A DNA stretch of 52,977 nucleotides from an uncultured archaeon (GCA_964524375.1 CAZGES010000003.1:1-52977); one strand, 5' to 3'; numbered from the stretch's first letter, positions 1 to 8,962 are shown. Notes: generated from the sequence alone by a model not told the origin. A program made the numbers and translations.

Positions 1-45
1 AAGCGTGTAGAGGCGGTCGAGCATCTGCTCGTAGGACAGTTCCAT
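1..45 (-). CDS. 5' end (15 codons) of a gene running off the window start; possibly translation initiation factor aIF-2 beta
   Basis: ATG at 45..43 on the minus strand opens MELSYEQMLDRLYTL in frame to position 1. This resembles the aIF2-beta N-terminus, but only 15 aa are visible. Confidence 0.3.
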   Translation of the reverse strand, partial: MELSYEQMLDRLYTL

Positions 46-114
46 AACGTAAAACGCTGAAAAACCCTTAAAAAGACCCTAGAATGTTCCCCTTTCCTTG
101 TCCGCTAGGGCGTG

Positions 115-606
115 TTAGAGGTATTCCCTTTCCACGTTGATTTCCGCCGCGGAAATGAACTCGTTGGGCGTGTTTTCCGCGGGTTTGACGGTTTTTATCT
201 CCGTTTTCACGAGTTTTGGTTCCGGTCTCACGAATGGTTTGAGTTCATTCAACCCCGCGTGTTCCTGCGTCAACCGCTCCCACTCAATACTCGTTTGTCT
301 CACACAAAATTCCTTTTCCAGCTCATCAATCATTCGAATCCACTTGCACGCCAGCACATTCCTTCCGTCCGGCTGCGCGGAAATGATTCCATACGCGCGC
401 ACGTTCATGTTTTCACTCAGCACGGGGGCGTTTCTTTCTTCAATGAACCCTTCCCATTCTCCTTTTTCATCTTTCACACGCAGGCTTATTTCTCCATTGC
501 GGGTTTTGAGCTCCATGAGTTTTCCGTGCGCAAAGACCATTTTGTTTTCAATGGTTGAGCGCGGATACAAGGCGGGAGAGAATACGAATCGCACACCGGA
601 AGTCAT
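115..606 (-). CDS. OB-fold nucleic-acid-binding protein, RPA32/Stn1-like (putative)
   Basis: 163-aa ORF with an ATG start. ISLRVKDEKGEWEGFIEE...NVRAYGIISAQPDGRNVLACKWIRMIDELEKEF fits an RPA32-type OB barrel plus a helical tail. The family call is from memory. Confidence 0.4.
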   Translation of the reverse strand: MTSGVRFVFSPALYPRSTIENKMVFAHGKLMELKTRNGEISLRVKDEKGEWEGFIEERNAPVLSENMNVRAYGIISAQPDGRNVLACKWIRMIDELEKEFCVRQTSIEWERLTQEHAGLNELKPFVRPEPKLVKTEIKTVKPAENTPNEFISAAEINVEREYL

Positions 607-632
607 GATACTATACTACGTCGCGTTGGTTT

Positions 633-1469
633 TTATCCAAATAACACGGATGCTTTGAGAATCCCGTACATGAGGACCATTAACCCCACTTGCAAGGGCA
701 GCGCGGGGAGGGCTTTTCCCACATTCTTGCTCCCGTAATCGAGTGTAAAGGCCAGTCCTGCAAACGATGCTAACAGCACAGCGAGGGAAGGTATGACCGC
801 ATACGGCCAAATCCATCCAGCGTCTAATGATTCTCCTAAAATGGCCACGCTGAAGACAAGCGGCATGACCAAATCTCCCGTGCCTAATTCAAATTGGTGC
901 TTACTGGTTGGAAGCGCAAACGTGAAACTCAAATTTTTTTTCGCCACCGCTTTGGCCATCGTCACCATGTGTTTGGTTCTAAACACGGCGACGTAATCAT
1001 ACACGGCTAACAAAACCAAAAATACAATCACCGGCCACACGCCAATGCTCGCTCCTAATAGCGCGCCCACTCCCACCGTGGCAAGTGTAGAAGAAACGTT
1101 TCTCCAAATCAAGTATTGCGGGAAAAATATTCGAATGACAATAATGACAAACGCTAAAAATATGGCGAATTCTTCCGGGAGAAATGCAATCATCACAATA
1201 ACCGTACTAAAGAGCAGGGCCATGGCCTCCAATCCCTTGAGGAACCAATACAATACTTTGTCCGGGAAAAATTTAATCGCTGCGAGAATGACAAGCGTTC
1301 CCACGAGCATGTATCCTAAAAGTCCAAATGAATTCACCACATCATTCGGGTCATCATTGATGATAGTCGGTTGAACGTCCTGCAGAATCAAATAATGCCC
1401 CACAAACAGTCCAAGCAAATTGACAATCAAAAAATACCCCGCGAGCTGGGCAATGAGTCTTGTGTCCAT
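633..1469 (-). CDS. presenilin / signal-peptide-peptidase homolog (A22 intramembrane aspartyl protease)
   Basis: 278-aa polytopic membrane ORF with the three signature motifs in order: YD (LAVYDYVAV), GxGD (LGTGDLV) and PAL (KALPALP). Confidence 0.85.
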   Translation of the reverse strand: MDTRLIAQLAGYFLIVNLLGLFVGHYLILQDVQPTIINDDPNDVVNSFGLLGYMLVGTLVILAAIKFFPDKVLYWFLKGLEAMALLFSTVIVMIAFLPEEFAIFLAFVIIVIRIFFPQYLIWRNVSSTLATVGVGALLGASIGVWPVIVFLVLLAVYDYVAVFRTKHMVTMAKAVAKKNLSFTFALPTSKHQFELGTGDLVMPLVFSVAILGESLDAGWIWPYAVIPSLAVLLASFAGLAFTLDYGSKNVGKALPALPLQVGLMVLMYGILKASVLFG

Positions 1470-1505
1470 GCGTCTAAGAACGCGTCAAGGGCTTTTAATG
1501 GTTGG

Positions 1506-2015
1506 TCAGGCCGCTCGTTTTTTGTTCAGGTTTCCAAAGCGTCCTTGAATAATTCTTCCATAGACCGGCCTCTGAACAGGCTCTTTTCTTCCTGTTTCAC
1601 TTTTCATTGCGCGCGCTTCTCCTTCCACAAAAATTCCTTTCCCTGCTTCGAGCGCCGCTCCCATGCTTTGCGTGTACACGCGCTGCATCATTTCCGCGCG
1701 TTTCTTTCCAATGCGTTGTTCCACTTCTCTCCATGTGCGCGCATTTACTAATGCGTTTCGTGTTTCATTTCCAAATATTCCCGCCGCGCGGAATGCGCGC
1801 GTGAGTGCGAAGCGGTGATTCGTTGAGCGTATGCGTCCAAACATCGTATTCGCTGTTTCGTTCGCGCGCGGCGTGTTCAGGTTTTGCCGCACTGCCTCAT
1901 GCGCGCCATGCACCGGCCGTTGAAGTTTTGTTTGCGCCTCTGGAATGGAAATAGGTTTTTGCGCGCGCCGTGAAATAATCCACTTTTGAATAAACCGTTT
2001 GAGTGGGCGCGGCAT
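1506..2015 (-). CDS. hypothetical basic protein (MPRP N-terminus), third gene of a tight three-gene array
   Basis: Start re-set to the ATG at 2015 (MPRPLKRF...), 1 nt after the TAG of the upstream gene (2017-2019). Arg/Lys-rich with no recognised domain. Confidence 0.5.
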   Translation of the reverse strand: MPRPLKRFIQKWIISRRAQKPISIPEAQTKLQRPVHGAHEAVRQNLNTPRANETANTMFGRIRSTNHRFALTRAFRAAGIFGNETRNALVNARTWREVEQRIGKKRAEMMQRVYTQSMGAALEAGKGIFVEGEARAMKSETGRKEPVQRPVYGRIIQGRFGNLNKKRAA

Positions 2016-2016
2016 G

Positions 2017-2331
2017 CTATCTCCTCTTGATGGGTGGAAATAAATTTTCGATGAGTATCGCATTCTTTCCATTTCGAACGCGGTCCGCGTTAATCACGCG
2101 GAGGTATTTTTGCGCGCTCGCCATTATTCCAAGCAGTTCTTTCTTGATTTTGGGGTCTGAATTGCCATTCATCTTTTTCTTCCAAATTTTTGCAATCTCA
2201 ATATGTTCGTCCAGCATCGCTTTGGCGTTGGCCAGTTTTACATACGCTCTCGGCCGAGTATTTCCCTCTCCTCCAAAACGCGCTGAATTTCTTCTTGGAG
2301 GATTTGTTTTTCGTCGTCGGGGGGTTGGCAT
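2017..2331 (-). CDS. small basic protein, MPxPR family (paralog of 2339..2656 and 51094..51501)
   Basis: 104 aa, begins MPTPRRRKTNPPRR. The C-terminal YLRVINADRVRNGKNAILIENL aligns with LAAVNIERKKRGKKPLTFNELEEL of the neighbouring gene. Confidence 0.55.
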   Translation of the reverse strand: MPTPRRRKTNPPRRNSARFGGEGNTRPRAYVKLANAKAMLDEHIEIAKIWKKKMNGNSDPKIKKELLGIMASAQKYLRVINADRVRNGKNAILIENLFPPIKRR

Positions 2332-2338
2332 CGTCTTT

Positions 2339-2656
2339 TCACTCTCTTTCTCGGATGAGTTCTTCTAATTCGTTGAACGTCAATGGTTTTTTTCCGCGTT
2401 TTTTTCGCTCAATATTTACTGCGGCTAAAAATGTTCTCGCCTGTTTTAATTCGGAGTCCATGGCGTGCCTCCATTCGTTTTCTTTGATTCTTCGCTGTTC
2501 TTTCGTCCATTTTCCTTCGATGGGGTCCTTTACACTCTCATTGAATTTTCTTCCCCATCGTGCGGCGTGTCGGTACGTTTGAACCATTTGTTCATCGGGT
2601 GATTTAGGTCCGGAGCGATTGGATTGGAGTCTTCGCGGCTTTCGGTTCGATGTCAT
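2339..2656 (-). CDS. small basic protein, MPxPR family
   Basis: 105 aa, begins MTSNRKPRRLQSNR. The C-terminal VNIERKKRGKKPLTFNELEELIRER motif is shared with 51094..51501. Confidence 0.55.
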   Translation of the reverse strand: MTSNRKPRRLQSNRSGPKSPDEQMVQTYRHAARWGRKFNESVKDPIEGKWTKEQRRIKENEWRHAMDSELKQARTFLAAVNIERKKRGKKPLTFNELEELIRERE

Positions 2657-2690
2657 TCAAACCGTGCGGTTTTCATGTTTATTAACATGC

Positions 2691-4847
2691 TCACATCGCT
2701 TTCAGGAAGCCGTGCGAGGGTTCGTAAATATCTCCCGCTTTCTTGAGTTTGGTGATGAGTTCGCGCACCTTTTCTTCTTCAATTCCGCGTGAAAGTGCTT
2801 CTGCCACCACATCTTGAATGGGGACCTTGTCCATTTCCTTGCTCTTTGCTCTAATAATATCCGTGATTGTGCGCATGTGGTCGCGCGAGGATTGTGTTTG
2901 CCCACTTGTAACGATGTCAATGTCAATTCTTCCCGTCTCCGGGTCCTTCACCACATCTTCCAACGACGCTCGTACGAGGCGCATGGCGCGTTCTGCATCC
3001 TCCTGTAAAACTTCATCACTCAATCGCACGCGTGCACTCGCTTCCGCCAATCGTACGAGTCCTTCCAATTGTCTCGCCGTCGCGGAGTAGCTTCCAGCCT
3101 GTCTTCCTTGGTCGCGCAGCCCCACATAAAAATCTTGTATCATTTGCGTGGCTTCTAAACTCAAAATGGGGAACACGCGCTGGCGCGAGTAGGAGATGTA
3201 TTTTCTCAAGAGTTCCGTGTCAATAATCGGCGTGACTTTTTCTTCCATGCGGAGCATTTCTTCCGTGTATCCTTTCTTTCCCGCGCGCTGCATTTGTAAC
3301 ATTTGCTCCCCCACCTTGTGCGAGGACAAAATGTGCGCCGCAATCATTTCATCTCGTTCCTTGTTCAACGTATCGTGAATCATGAAAAACAAATCAAATC
3401 GTGAAATTAAGGATGGGGGCAAATCAATTTGTTCAAAGAATGGCTTGAATTTATCAAAGCGCGAGAGTTTAGGATTGGCCGCCGCGAGAACACTCGTGTC
3501 CGTTTTGAATCGCGTCACCATTCCCGCTTTTGCCACGCTCACCATTCCCTGTTCCATCGCTTCGTGCATCGCCGACCGGTCTTCCGGTTCCATCTTATCA
3601 AACTCATCCACCATTACCATTCCGCCGCTGGCAAGAACGAGTGCACCTGCCTTGAGGGTCCATCCACCCTCGCCGAAGTCATCTTTGACAGCCGAGGCGG
3701 TCAGTCCCGCCGAGCTCGACCCTTTTCCTGAAACATACACACTCTTCGGCGCAATCTTATCAGTAGCCTGCAGCAAAATGGACTTTCCCGTTCCCGGGTC
3801 GCCCACTAACAACACGTGAATGTTCCCGCGAATTTTCATATCTCCCGGGAGGGTTTTTTTGACGCCGCCAAATAATTGGAGTGAAATGGATTCTTTGGCA
3901 ATGTCATGCCCGTGAATGGTTGGCGCAATGGATTGAATGAGTATTTCATAAATCTTAGGATTTTTTGCAATCTCCTTAATTTTTTCCTCATCCTCCTCGT
4001 TAATCGTCACATCCTCAAATTCTTTTTCGGTTTCTTCTAAGTGAATGGCTTCAAGATAACGGCCGTACACATTTTTCTTATCCTTGTTCGGCGGATACAA
4101 TCTCAAAATTCCCGTAATTTGCGTGCGGTTCCCCGGATACACACGATTGACAAAATCATCTTCAATGTACACGTCCAAATTCACCGCTTGCTCGCTTCCT
4201 TTGAGCATTTCCAGCGGTTCTTGAATCTGAATCTTTTGATAGTCCACGAATGTACTCTCTTCCGGAACCAATTCAAAATCCCTATGTTTGCAATTGCAAA
4301 ACGCCGGCTTGCGCTGCTGGTGCCCATCTTGCTCTAACACGTATTGGTTTCCGCACCGCTTGCAACGCCACGTCGCGCTTTTCAATTTTGGCATCACTTC
4401 AGTAACCTGTCGAATAACTCCTTCCACGGCAAACAGTTTTCCCAATTGTTGCGCGGAAATATCTCTCACGAGGGGGGTTTTGTCTTTGGGCAATCCACGA
4501 AAACGTACATTGGGAGAAAATTTGTCTAACTGTAACACCGGCACTTCAATTTTTTGCACCGCTAATTCCGCGGCTTCAATGAGCAAGTCCGGGTGAGCCA
4601 TTAATTCTTCCGCGAGTTGATAGTCAAACGAATCCACATCGTTGTAATCCACGATCAACGATTTGTTTTGCGGATATTCGTGCGCCAATTTTTCAATTTT
4701 CTTTTTGTATTCTAACGTAGAAAAAAATTCTTCAAATTTGGGGATGAATGGGTTTGCCGCCCCTTTGAGCGGGGTCTGTGCGATTTCCGTTTCTTCCGGT
4801 TTGTGGAAGCTCTTTGCTTCCTCGTATCCAAATCCTTCCCCTTCCAT
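2691..4847 (-). CDS. mcm: MCM replicative helicase
   Basis: 718 aa with a Zn motif (CKRCGN...CNCKH), Walker A (GDPGTGKS), Walker B (VDEFDKM) and an arginine finger (SRFDL). The motifs are contiguous, so there is no intein. Confidence 0.97.
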   Translation of the reverse strand: MEGEGFGYEEAKSFHKPEETEIAQTPLKGAANPFIPKFEEFFSTLEYKKKIEKLAHEYPQNKSLIVDYNDVDSFDYQLAEELMAHPDLLIEAAELAVQKIEVPVLQLDKFSPNVRFRGLPKDKTPLVRDISAQQLGKLFAVEGVIRQVTEVMPKLKSATWRCKRCGNQYVLEQDGHQQRKPAFCNCKHRDFELVPEESTFVDYQKIQIQEPLEMLKGSEQAVNLDVYIEDDFVNRVYPGNRTQITGILRLYPPNKDKKNVYGRYLEAIHLEETEKEFEDVTINEEDEEKIKEIAKNPKIYEILIQSIAPTIHGHDIAKESISLQLFGGVKKTLPGDMKIRGNIHVLLVGDPGTGKSILLQATDKIAPKSVYVSGKGSSSAGLTASAVKDDFGEGGWTLKAGALVLASGGMVMVDEFDKMEPEDRSAMHEAMEQGMVSVAKAGMVTRFKTDTSVLAAANPKLSRFDKFKPFFEQIDLPPSLISRFDLFFMIHDTLNKERDEMIAAHILSSHKVGEQMLQMQRAGKKGYTEEMLRMEEKVTPIIDTELLRKYISYSRQRVFPILSLEATQMIQDFYVGLRDQGRQAGSYSATARQLEGLVRLAEASARVRLSDEVLQEDAERAMRLVRASLEDVVKDPETGRIDIDIVTSGQTQSSRDHMRTITDIIRAKSKEMDKVPIQDVVAEALSRGIEEEKVRELITKLKKAGDIYEPSHGFLKAM

Positions 4848-4869
4848 AAATGGCTCACGTCTTTCGAGG

Positions 4870-4876
4870 TTTAAAG
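4870..4876 (-). promoter_or_regulatory. putative TATA box of mcm (leaderless)
   Basis: TTTAAAG (minus-strand reading GGCTTTAAACC) with 22 nt between the box and the mcm ATG at 4847. Confidence 0.45.
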
Positions 4877-5076
4877 CCCTGTCCTAAGCAAAGCGCCGGA
4901 CTCGACCCAACCTATTTTCGATTAACCCAACCTTATTTCTATTCTATTCTGCTCGTATTGGATACGTAAAAGGAGTCTATACTCAACGCCCCGCCAGTAC
5001 TTAACCCAATTGAGTTTGGGAAGCGAACCCTCCCTGGTTGTGCGTGTTTTAGTTTTTGAACTCCCCACACTAGCCC

Positions 5077-5084
5077 GTTTTTAA
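5077..5084 (+). promoter_or_regulatory. putative TATA box of metG
   Basis: TTTTTAAT ends 26 nt upstream of the ATG at 5110. Confidence 0.4.
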
Positions 5085-5109
5085 TCCATTTTACCCGTTA
5101 AACGTGTGT

Positions 5110-6642
5110 ATGTCCAAAGGTTTCTTTATCACGTGCGCGATTGACTATCCCAATGCAAAGTTGCACATGGGCCACGTCTATGAAAAAACCGTCGCCGATG
5201 TGATTGCGCGCGTCCACCGCTTGAATGGGGAGAAAGTCTTGTTTACCGTTGGCACGGACGAGCACGGGGAAAAGATTGCCGAATCGGCCAAGCACGCGAA
5301 CATTCCCCCCAAACAATTTGTGGATGAAATGTCCCAAGAGTTTCAAAAATTAATGGACCTTGCATCCATTTCCTACGATCGTTTTGTCCGCACCACCGAC
5401 AAAGATCACGTGAAAGCCGCGCAGCATTTTTTTCAAACGCTGTGGGACAACGATGATATCTATCCTGACTTGTATGAGGGGTGGTATTGCGTTTCGGACG
5501 AAACATTCTGGATGGAGAAAGACACGGTTGAAAAACTCGGCAAGCGTTTTTGTCCGAATGAGCATTGCGGAAAAGAATTGAAGAAAGTCAAAGAGGAAAG
5601 CTATTTTTTCAAGTGGTCAGCGTACCAAAAAAAGTTGGAAGAATGGTACGCGCAAACAAACGGAAACGTTTTTCCCGAATTTAGAAAAAAAGAAATGGAA
5701 AATTTCATGAAAAACGGTTTGCGTGATGTTTCATTCTCGCGAAAATCCATTAAGTGGGGCATTCCCACGCCCATGAATCCAGAGCACACCATTTACGTGT
5801 GGAGCGATGCCCTGGTGAACTATTTAACCGTCTGCGGTTACCCGGATAAAAAATATTTGGACTATTGGCCCGCCGATGTCCACGTGATTGGAATGGACAT
5901 CAACCGCTTCCACTCTCTTTTATGGCCCGCCATGCTGATGAGCGCCAACATCGCGTTGCCCAAGCAAGTGTTAGTGCACGGTTTCATTAATGATGAAAAT
6001 GGCGTGAAAATGTCCAAGTCATTAGGAAATGTGGTGGACCCCCTTGCAATTATTCCCAAATACGGCATCGAGGCGCTGCGCTATTATTTGCTGCGCGAAG
6101 CCCCGTTAGGAAATGATATTTCGTTTTCGGAAAAAAACCTCGTGGAGCGTGCCAATTCGGAGTTGGCTGATTCGCTAGGAAATCTTGTTTTCCGTGTGTT
6201 ATCCATGTTGGAAAAATACACGAATGGAGTAATCCCTGCTGCCGTGTTGAATGAACCCGTTCTTCACCAGGCTCGCGTCTCCGCGCAGGAAGCGTATCGC
6301 TTATACCTCTCTCACGACATTCAAAACGCCCTTGCTCACACTATGAAAGTTTCTGCGGTCGGAAACAAATTCATCGCCGACACGGAACCGTGGAAATTGA
6401 TGAAAGAAGGAAAGCGTGCGGAAGTCGAATCACTTTTAACAACGGAAATTGAAATCATCCGTGTGCTCAGCATCCTCCTCGCTCCCGCCCTTCCCCTAAC
6501 GTGTGAAAAAATTTGTTCGCAATTTGGTTTTTCCAAACCCTTGTTTTCCGCGCTCAACTCTGCTCCCTCATTGAGCGGAAAGAAAGTTGTTAAAGGAATG
6601 GTTTTGTTTCCAAAGTTTGAAGCAGAAAAAGAAAAGAAATAA
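5110..6642 (+). CDS. metG: methionyl-tRNA synthetase (no C-terminal Trbp111-like domain)
   Basis: HIGH-type motif (LHMGH), KMSKS (VKMSKSLGN) and a Zn knuckle (CVSDE...CPNEHCG). Start set to the ATG at 5110, because the track start at 5104 is GTG. Confidence 0.95.
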   Translation: MSKGFFITCAIDYPNAKLHMGHVYEKTVADVIARVHRLNGEKVLFTVGTDEHGEKIAESAKHANIPPKQFVDEMSQEFQKLMDLASISYDRFVRTTDKDHVKAAQHFFQTLWDNDDIYPDLYEGWYCVSDETFWMEKDTVEKLGKRFCPNEHCGKELKKVKEESYFFKWSAYQKKLEEWYAQTNGNVFPEFRKKEMENFMKNGLRDVSFSRKSIKWGIPTPMNPEHTIYVWSDALVNYLTVCGYPDKKYLDYWPADVHVIGMDINRFHSLLWPAMLMSANIALPKQVLVHGFINDENGVKMSKSLGNVVDPLAIIPKYGIEALRYYLLREAPLGNDISFSEKNLVERANSELADSLGNLVFRVLSMLEKYTNGVIPAAVLNEPVLHQARVSAQEAYRLYLSHDIQNALAHTMKVSAVGNKFIADTEPWKLMKEGKRAEVESLLTTEIEIIRVLSILLAPALPLTCEKICSQFGFSKPLFSALNSAPSLSGKKVVKGMVLFPKFEAEKEKK

Positions 6643-6687
6643 TTTTTTCCCCGTCATCCAAAAAGTTTAGATTCTATTTTTCAATTT

Positions 6688-8385
6688 TTATTTTTCTTTC
6701 CGCGCGGAAAAAAATAACCATCCCAAAACAATGCTCAATGTGAACATGCTCATCCACGCGGGAAAATCCGGAATGGATACTGCTTGCGGCGGTTCAAAGG
6801 ATGTGAATGTTTTGAAACCGTTGTTGTTTGCCGTAAATGTTTCGCTCTCGTCGAATGGAACTGGAGTCCCATCCACGTATGGTTGCACCGTCGCATAAAT
6901 AGCATACGTTTCTCCTTCGTTGAATGTACATACTGTTCCCGTCGTGGCGCCGCAGGGGGGTTGCAGTGGAATGGTTATGACGGTTGTTGCTCCCGGCACG
7001 GTTAATGTTGCAGGAATGATGGCGGGGTCAAACCCGATTACTTTTGTCCCTTTCGAGTCGCGGATGAGCACGCTGACAGTCACATTCTCCGATTGCGGGA
7101 GTGCGGTGTTTCTATTTTCGATTGTCACTTCCGCAAACACGGTTCCGCTTCGGAAAGTGTTCGGCACGACTAAGTCTTTCAGCACGTACACATCGCCTGC
7201 CGTTCCTGTGACGGGTGGTGTGGTTGGCGCTGTGACGTCAAATACAAATGTCTGGATGTTGTTTCGGCGATAACTCACTTCTTCTATTCCATTGACAATG
7301 GCGGGCGAGGATAATGTGTAATCAAATTCTGCGCGGTAAGATATCGTAAAAAATTTGTATGTGCTACCCGGCGTCATGTTGAGTGCGGCCGGCGTGAAAT
7401 TGTATTGGTATGAAGTAACGGCGCTCGGCAAATCTTCTAGATTCGTTGGGAAAAATTGTCCCGGTATTCCCTGCGTGAGAGTGAGGTCGGTGTAAATTGT
7501 ATCAAATGCAGTTCCTGAACCATACTTATTTACGCGCATCGATCCCGGAACAATGAATGTTGCTCCCGTCGCGATGAAATTGGTTATTTCTCCTTCCACA
7601 TTATCATATCCTGCTCCCGTCGGCACAATGTTCTGGCACGCCACATCTGCCATGTCGCATATTCCCGAAATCTGGAGCGTGGTCATTTCATCGTATCCCG
7701 CTGAACCAAATACCATGTCTCGCATCGGCACGGTTATTGTTCCCGGATTGTTAGACGAGAGCGGCGGGTTTGGAATCGCAGGGGGTGATGCGCCCGGCAA
7801 GTTGTGCGTTAGCGGGTCAATTTGCACTAAATCTTCCGGCACGTACGGTCCCGCTCCTCCTGTGGGGTCGTATCCCGCGCAAATAATGATAGGATAATTC
7901 GTCAGCCCCGGAATTTCCATGTGCGCGTTCGTCAGCGAAGACAAGCGCACGACTTCGGTGTAGGGAAAACTGGCTCCAATGTTAGCGCACGTTTGTCCGA
8001 GGGCGGTGTTGCGCACGCGCACGTTAATCGTTCCAGTAATGCTATTGTCTCCCATCGCTATAGGAATAGTATACCCCATCGGCTGTCCCGGTTCTTCTCC
8101 GTGTGCATTGGTTGTGCTTGAAAGCCGCATCAATGTGACAGGGTTGCTTTGTCCTGGTCCCACTAAAACGCCGGTCGTTTCGCGGCATCGAATCTCATGC
8201 AGCGTGTACCCTGCCGGAATGTGACTTGTTGACTCTCCGTGCGCATTCGTCTGTCCAGACAATCGCAAAATGGTTGTTCCGCCCGCCAAATTTTCAGCGC
8301 ATTGCAATACCGCATGCCCGCTCGCTGCGAGAAAAAGGATTGCCAGCAAAAAAAGGAATGGCGCGGCGGAGCGGGGGGGCTTCAT
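6688..8385 (-). CDS. secreted cell-surface protein: signal peptide, three RLSxxTNAHxE repeats, CARDB-like domain, PDFPAW C-terminal sorting signal
   Basis: ATG at 8385 gives MKPPRSAAPFLFLLAILFLAASGHA. The C-terminus is IPDFPAWMSMFTLSIVLGWLFFSARKEK (motif, TM helix, basic tail). The C-terminal third is paralogous to 8408..8962. Confidence 0.8.
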   Translation of the reverse strand: MKPPRSAAPFLFLLAILFLAASGHAVLQCAENLAGGTTILRLSGQTNAHGESTSHIPAGYTLHEIRCRETTGVLVGPGQSNPVTLMRLSSTTNAHGEEPGQPMGYTIPIAMGDNSITGTINVRVRNTALGQTCANIGASFPYTEVVRLSSLTNAHMEIPGLTNYPIIICAGYDPTGGAGPYVPEDLVQIDPLTHNLPGASPPAIPNPPLSSNNPGTITVPMRDMVFGSAGYDEMTTLQISGICDMADVACQNIVPTGAGYDNVEGEITNFIATGATFIVPGSMRVNKYGSGTAFDTIYTDLTLTQGIPGQFFPTNLEDLPSAVTSYQYNFTPAALNMTPGSTYKFFTISYRAEFDYTLSSPAIVNGIEEVSYRRNNIQTFVFDVTAPTTPPVTGTAGDVYVLKDLVVPNTFRSGTVFAEVTIENRNTALPQSENVTVSVLIRDSKGTKVIGFDPAIIPATLTVPGATTVITIPLQPPCGATTGTVCTFNEGETYAIYATVQPYVDGTPVPFDESETFTANNNGFKTFTSFEPPQAVSIPDFPAWMSMFTLSIVLGWLFFSARKEK

Positions 8386-8407
8386 GCACGTCAAAATCGT
8401 TCATTGT

Positions 8408-8962
8408 TTATATACTTCGGCCTTTTTTTGCGCTGAAAAACAGCCACCCAAAAATAATACTAAACACGAGCACGCTCATCCAGGCAGGAAAGTCTGGAAT
8501 CGAATACGATTGTGGCGTCGCGAGCACGGTGAATGTTTTGAATGCACTATTATTGCTCGTTTCGGTTTCACCTGCGAAAGGTTCAATGGTCGCATACAGC
8601 GTGTACGTTTCCCCCTCATTCAAAAATGGAGTGCTGTTGGCGAGCTGAATGTCAATTTGCATCGTTTGAATTTCTCCGCTTGAAAAATCTGGGAGTGAAA
8701 ATGTGCGCACTCCCCATGCTGCGACTGAAACGCCTTTGGAATCGCGCATCGTGGTTGTTACCATTTCTCCAGGCTGAGGGTTTGTCAAAAATAAATTATT
8801 GTCAATCGTCACATTGGCAAAAACATTATTTCCCGCATACACGTTTGGGAAGGAAATATCTTTGAGCGTGTACACGTCCAACGTCGCCGCCCATCCACTG
8901 GAAGCAAATAAAAGAAAACTAATTAGAAAAATTGTCTTTGCAGGTGTGTATGCCACATTCAT
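8408..8962 (-). CDS. secreted CARDB-like surface protein with PDFPAW C-terminal sorting signal
   Basis: ATG at 8962 (MNVAYTPAKTIFLISFLLFASSGWA). DVYTLKDISFPN...NEGETYTLYATIEP...IPDFPAWMSVLVFSIIFGWLFFSAKKGRSI is collinear with the C-terminus of the neighbouring gene. Confidence 0.75.
   Translation of the reverse strand: MNVAYTPAKTIFLISFLLFASSGWAATLDVYTLKDISFPNVYAGNNVFANVTIDNNLFLTNPQPGEMVTTTMRDSKGVSVAAWGVRTFSLPDFSSGEIQTMQIDIQLANSTPFLNEGETYTLYATIEPFAGETETSNNSAFKTFTVLATPQSYSIPDFPAWMSVLVFSIIFGWLFFSAKKGRSI

Noticed and set aside
2691-4847. Intein or other insertion in MCM.
   Set aside because: At 718 aa the length is normal, and Walker A, Walker B and the arginine finger are contiguous with no Cys/Ser...HN splice-junction block.
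4848-5103. Replication origin next to mcm.
   Set aside because: I saw no orc1/cdc6 gene, no ORB or mini-ORB-like long inverted repeats with G-strings, and only short AACCCAAC repeats. I kept it as a low-interest unexplained spacer instead.
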